Below the pieces are notes generated by a model, which saw only the letters and a list, made by a program, of their open reading frames with translations, searched no databases and was not told the DNA's origin. Below are positions 62,783 through 64,000 of a stretch of 64,000 nucleotides of DNA, piece after piece. How positions within the stretch are numbered: position 1 is the stretch's first letter; each line of letters starts with the position of its first letter. The position numbers and the translations under genes are program-made. The DNA is from an uncultured delta proteobacterium. GTDB lineage: Bacteria; Myxococcota_A; Polyangia; Fen-1088. Location: assembly GCA_963796685.1 (NCBI GenBank), contig CAWCMR010000025.1, positions 352,001-416,000 on the forward strand. The letters run 5' to 3'.

Positions 62783-64000
62783 TCAGTCAGAGCGCAGCCG
62801 AGCGAGATACCTGTTCAGCTCTTCTTCCAAGTAGTTGGTGACGCCGCGGATCTCGGGTGGAGCCGCTTCGTTGTAGGAGATGACCGCATCTCTCCACAGT
62901 GTACCAAGCTCATGCTTCGGATCCGCCGCGCGGGCAGCCTTGAGCAACTCATCGCGATGATAGGCGGACAGATCCGAGAGGATCACTCTCGCTCGGCGTT
63001 TCGCCCGCTCGTGCCCATCGATCGCCGGTTGCGCCGGTTGCGCCGGTTGCGCCGTTGGTGGCGGTGGTGATTGCCCGAGCCCGGCCGGCCCCGGTGTGCC
63101 TGCGCCCAGCCTCACGACGGTGGCGAGCATCGCCAGCGGCGCCGTCACCACCTCGGCGTGAGACTCAGCCGGCAGCGCCGTCCTGCTAAACGTCCTCGGT
63201 GCCGGCGTGGCGGCCTTCGCTGCAACCTGGGAAGCTGCCATCGGGGCAACGCTTGGGGGAGCCGTCGAAGCGGCGATGGCTTTCGCCGTGGTGATAGGCG
63301 CGGGCGTGACCGGCCTGGCCGCGGGAGCTGTCGAAGCGGCGATGGCTTTCGCCGTGGTGATGGGCGCGGGCGTGACCTGCCTGGCTGCGGAAGCCGTCGA
63401 AGCGGCGATGGCTTTCGCCGTGGTGATGGGCGCGGGCGTAACCGGCCTGGCTGTGGCCGGGGACGCGGCCGACGGGACTGCCTTGATCGGGGCCGCGCGG
63501 AGCTGCATCTCGATTTCGGCCCGCAGCTTCGTTTCGATCTGCGCCCGCAGCTCCTCCTCCAGCTTCTTGCGCAAGACACGCTCGTTCTCGGCGCTTTGTC
63601 TCTCGTGCTCCGCTCAATCTCGTCGCTCGATGTCCTCCCGCAGCTCCTTCTCCAACGCCGCGCGCCTGTCCGCAGTCTCATTGGCCTGCGCCGCGCGCAA
63701 CTCCGCCTCGATTTGCGCCCTCAGATCCCGCTCGGTCTCATGGGGTGGGTTCCTCCCCAGCGCGCGGAGCGCCTCGTCCACGGCCGCCTTCTGCGCCACG
63801 AGCCGCTCCGAGGCGGTGAGCCCTTCCTCTTCCATCGCATCGAGCATCTGCGTGCATCCGCACTCGGGACACCTCCTGCGTACGAGGCCTATCCAGGCCA
63901 ACACCGAGGCCAGCGCCAGAGAACCAAGACTCGCGCTCCAACCGAGGGCCGGGCTCCAGTGGGGCAAGGCGTTCGAGGGCTCCTGACCGAGGGTGAGGTT
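62783..64000 (-). CDS. Membrane/coiled-coil protein with CxxC and Pro/Ala repeats; in-frame TGA at 63614-63616; 5' end outside window
   Basis: ORFs 63614..63967 and 62783..63574 are in the same frame. C-terminal AKRRARVILSDL..Y domain. Confidence 0.6.
63261..63450. repeat. 66-bp coding tandem repeat x3
   Basis: GC(C/T)GTCGAAGCGGCGATGGC recurs at 63261, 63327 and 63393, encoding ARPVTPAPITTAKAIAASTA. Confidence 0.9.

Overview
This is GC-rich bacterial DNA, most likely from a Myxococcota (Polyangia-like) genome. That is inferred from the gene content: many ECF sigma/anti-sigma pairs, a giant TPR protein, a Ser/Thr kinase, a DUF1552/DUF1592 pair and Gly/Ser/Thr-linker lipoproteins. I saw no rRNA, tRNA, CRISPR array or intact integrase. 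Layout: (1) 1-25 kb is mostly core or semi-core: NtrC-type regulator, polysaccharide deacetylase, ssb, TPR protein, an ECF/NrsF pair with a tandem-DUF3455 lipoprotein, an orphan vgrG + L,D-transpeptidase-like effector + candidate immunity cassette, a B12 radical SAM enzyme, DUF4175/peptidase, a transglycosylase and PBP1A. (2) 25.1-34.9 kb is a mosaic island of gene fragments (ABC-ATPase/TOPRIM-like, DUF2169, HNH, DUF4143, HigBA with a dead toxin, SQR, an IS end). It carries three collinear, mostly synonymously diverged copies of pieces of the pbp1A 3' end. (3) 35-42 kb holds accessory lipoproteins and remnants. (4) 42-60 kb is a glycan-degradation locus: three GH5, one GH27, a kinase-HDOD fusion, a Tat-exported DUF1552 plus a CxxCH-bearing DUF1592 lipoprotein, two Cip1-like lipoproteins and an ECF/FecR module, with no SusC/D-type or ABC transporter. 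Several single-base frameshifts may be sequencing errors. All family assignments come from recognising motifs by eye, not from database searches.
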